From Phoronis australis (taxonomy: Eukaryota; Animalia; Phoronida): DNA of 64,000 bases. The notes below the pieces were generated by a model, which saw nothing but the letters and a program-made list of their open reading frames with translations, was not told where the DNA came from and made no database searches. The stretch's first letter is position 1. The number at the start of each line of letters is the position of its first letter. This document shows, piece by piece, positions 61,990 to 64,000 of the stretch. A program made the position numbers and the translations under genes. The stretch is from assembly GCA_002633005.1 (NCBI GenBank), contig NMRA01000432.1:290674-354673 (forward strand), given 5' to 3'.

Positions 61990-63560
61990 GATTTTGTGTA
62001 CAAAAAACAATATACTCTTCCAGTATACGATTTGAACAAAATACAAAAAAATCTGATAATCTTCAGTTTTATCAATTGTTTTTGGAGATGTTATTGTTAA
62101 ATATTCGAACGGTAACTATTCCATATTGTATCTCTAAGAAAAAGAAAAATGGAAAGGGAAAAGACTTGGAAGAACAGTTAATGTCCTTACAAGATTCAAT
62201 GAGAGTGACGATCCTGAAATTGCTGTTCTATTAGAAAATAAGAAGTCGAAATATGAGGATTATCGCAGAGAATACATGCATGGAGTAATGGTCAGATCGA
62301 GAGCCAACTGGGTTGAAAATGGCGAAAAACCAACCAAATATTTTTGTGCATTAGAAAAACGAAATTTTGTGAATAAGAATGTAACTAAACTACTAAGCTC
62401 CAATGACGCTAATCAAGGAACAATCCGCTATCCTCTCGGAGATCACTTCTTTTTTATAAAAATTATACTCCTGTAAAGATGGCGACCTTGTTGATGTTAA
62501 TTTAAATGAACTTTTGGCATCGTTCCCAATGCCTAAATTGAACCAGTATAACCGAGTCGAACTTGAAAAATTTATCACTTTGGAGGAAATTCATGCAACT
62601 CAGACAGATTTAAAAAAACAACAAATTAAAGTCCTAGCCCAGATGGTTTCACAGTAGAATTTTTTAAATTTTTTTGGCCAGACCTTAAATATTATTTGTT
62701 CCGATCTTTTGAAGAAGGTATCAATAAAGGAGAATTATCTGCTACTCAAAAACAGGGTATTATCTCAATAATACCAAAAGAAAATAAACCAAGAGAATTC
62801 ATCAAAAATTGGCGTCCAATTTTGCCATTGAATATTACTTACAAATCTTTATCTGGATGTATTGCAAGACGCCTAAAAAGCGTCCTCGGACCCCTTATTC
62901 ACGAGATCAACAAGGTTTCATGAACGGCAGGTATATTGGAGAAACATAAGAATTTTATTCGATGTAATTTAATTTTTAGACTGTAAACCCTTACCCGGAC
63001 GCCTGTTAATGATCGATTTTGAAAAAGCTTTCGACTCGGTTTCCTGTTCTTTCATCCTCAAGGCATTATCATACTTTAACTTTGGCCCAAGGTTCATTAA
63101 CACAGTCAAAACACTCTACAACAAATCTTGTCTTTGTGTTCTCCAACATGGATTTTTCTCTGGATTTTTTTGAAATGGGAAGAGGCTGTCGTCAAGGAGA
63201 CCTTATTTCTTCTTACCTTTTTGTATTATGTAAAGAAATATTGGGTAACTTAATTCGTCGGGATGGTGGCATCACTGGGATCAGGAGAGGTGTTTCTGAG
63301 TTTAAATTGATCCAGTACGCTGACGACACTTGTTTAATTTTGGACGGTTCTGAGTTATCTCTTAGATCATCTTTGAATTTAATTGACCAATTTGCGAAAT
63401 TTTCTGGTTTGAAGCCAAACATCGAGAAAACAAGATGTGTTTGGATTGGTTCAAAAAAGACTCTGAGGAAAAACTTTGTGTCAATGAAAACCTGTTATGG
63501 ACCAACTATCCTTTCATGTTTTTGGGAATCAACTTCTCCACTGATTATAATGCAATGTCG
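61990..63560 (+). mobile_element. Degenerate L1/Tx1-clade LINE ORF2 (reverse transcriptase) fragment, frameshifted and truncated
   Basis: RSRANWVENGEKPTKYFCALEKRN, PDGFTVEFFKFFW, KNWRPILPLNITYK, IDFEKAFDSV, GCRQGDLISSYLF and QYADDT are spread across several frames with stops. Confidence 0.9.
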
Positions 63561-63599
63561 GGTATTTAAAAGTATCAGTCCACGGATCCACCGACCACT

Positions 63600-64000
63600 G
63601 TACAGCCAAAAAGCGGCAAGGTGGGGGGTCAACCATTCAGATCCATGTTTAGTCTGATAAATCACATTAGGTATGAGAGAAAATGGGTGAAGTATGACAC
63701 CACAAAGTTTGGTGGTTTAGGAGATACATGGGAAGTGTTCTTGGGGGCAAAATGAGGCAATTTCTTGCGGTGGAATGAGTCATTTTTGACCAAATTTTCT
63801 ACTCCAGTTTCTGCTTCAAACAGAATCGTTTCTGAACACTTTTGATATCACATGATAGGTTCATGACCAATGTCAGTAAAAACGGCACCGACACTGCAAT
63901 ATCGGTTACCATGGTAACACTGCAACTGTTTCCGTGGAGGTACATTTCCGTCTTGTGAAAAACCAGCAGTAAGCTGTACCCTTATAGCGAAGCTGCCCCC
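63600..64000. repeat. Probable unrelated repeat element that truncates the LINE; contains the palindrome GTTACCATGGTAAC
   Basis: Abrupt loss of RT similarity after ~63560; the perfect 14-bp palindrome is at 63905-63918. Confidence 0.3.

Noticed and set aside
63905-63918. Perfect X-box palindrome as a DLEC1 regulator
   Set aside because: It lies ~7 kb away, within probable repeat DNA, so function cannot be supported.

Overview
AT-rich animal genomic DNA with spliceosomal GT-AG introns; the repeat content suggests a marine invertebrate (inference). It carries three protein-coding genes. (1) A 16-exon KAT2A/KAT2B (GCN5/PCAF) histone acetyltransferase on + (3822-24564, ~788 aa). (2) A ~35-exon DLEC1/CFAP81 ciliary gene on - (55680-26459), convergent with KAT2. 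(3) A 2-exon F-box/LRR gene on + (57428-59698), head-to-head with DLEC1. The introns hold many non-autonomous DNA elements: Kolobok-like TTAA elements, TA-target MITEs, long foldbacks, a CACTA/CMC-like element and a Helentron/HINE-like element. There are also LINE relics and minisatellites. The most unusual signal is that KAT2 splice sites are themselves tandemly amplified. The exon 3 acceptor occurs 6 times (28-bp unit) and only the last copy is productive. The exon 9 donor occurs about 25 times (33/30-bp unit) and the first copies extend the reading frame. A HINE-like element also carries a co-oriented array of CTCF-like motifs. All coordinates were read by eye; exon ends may be off by a few nt.
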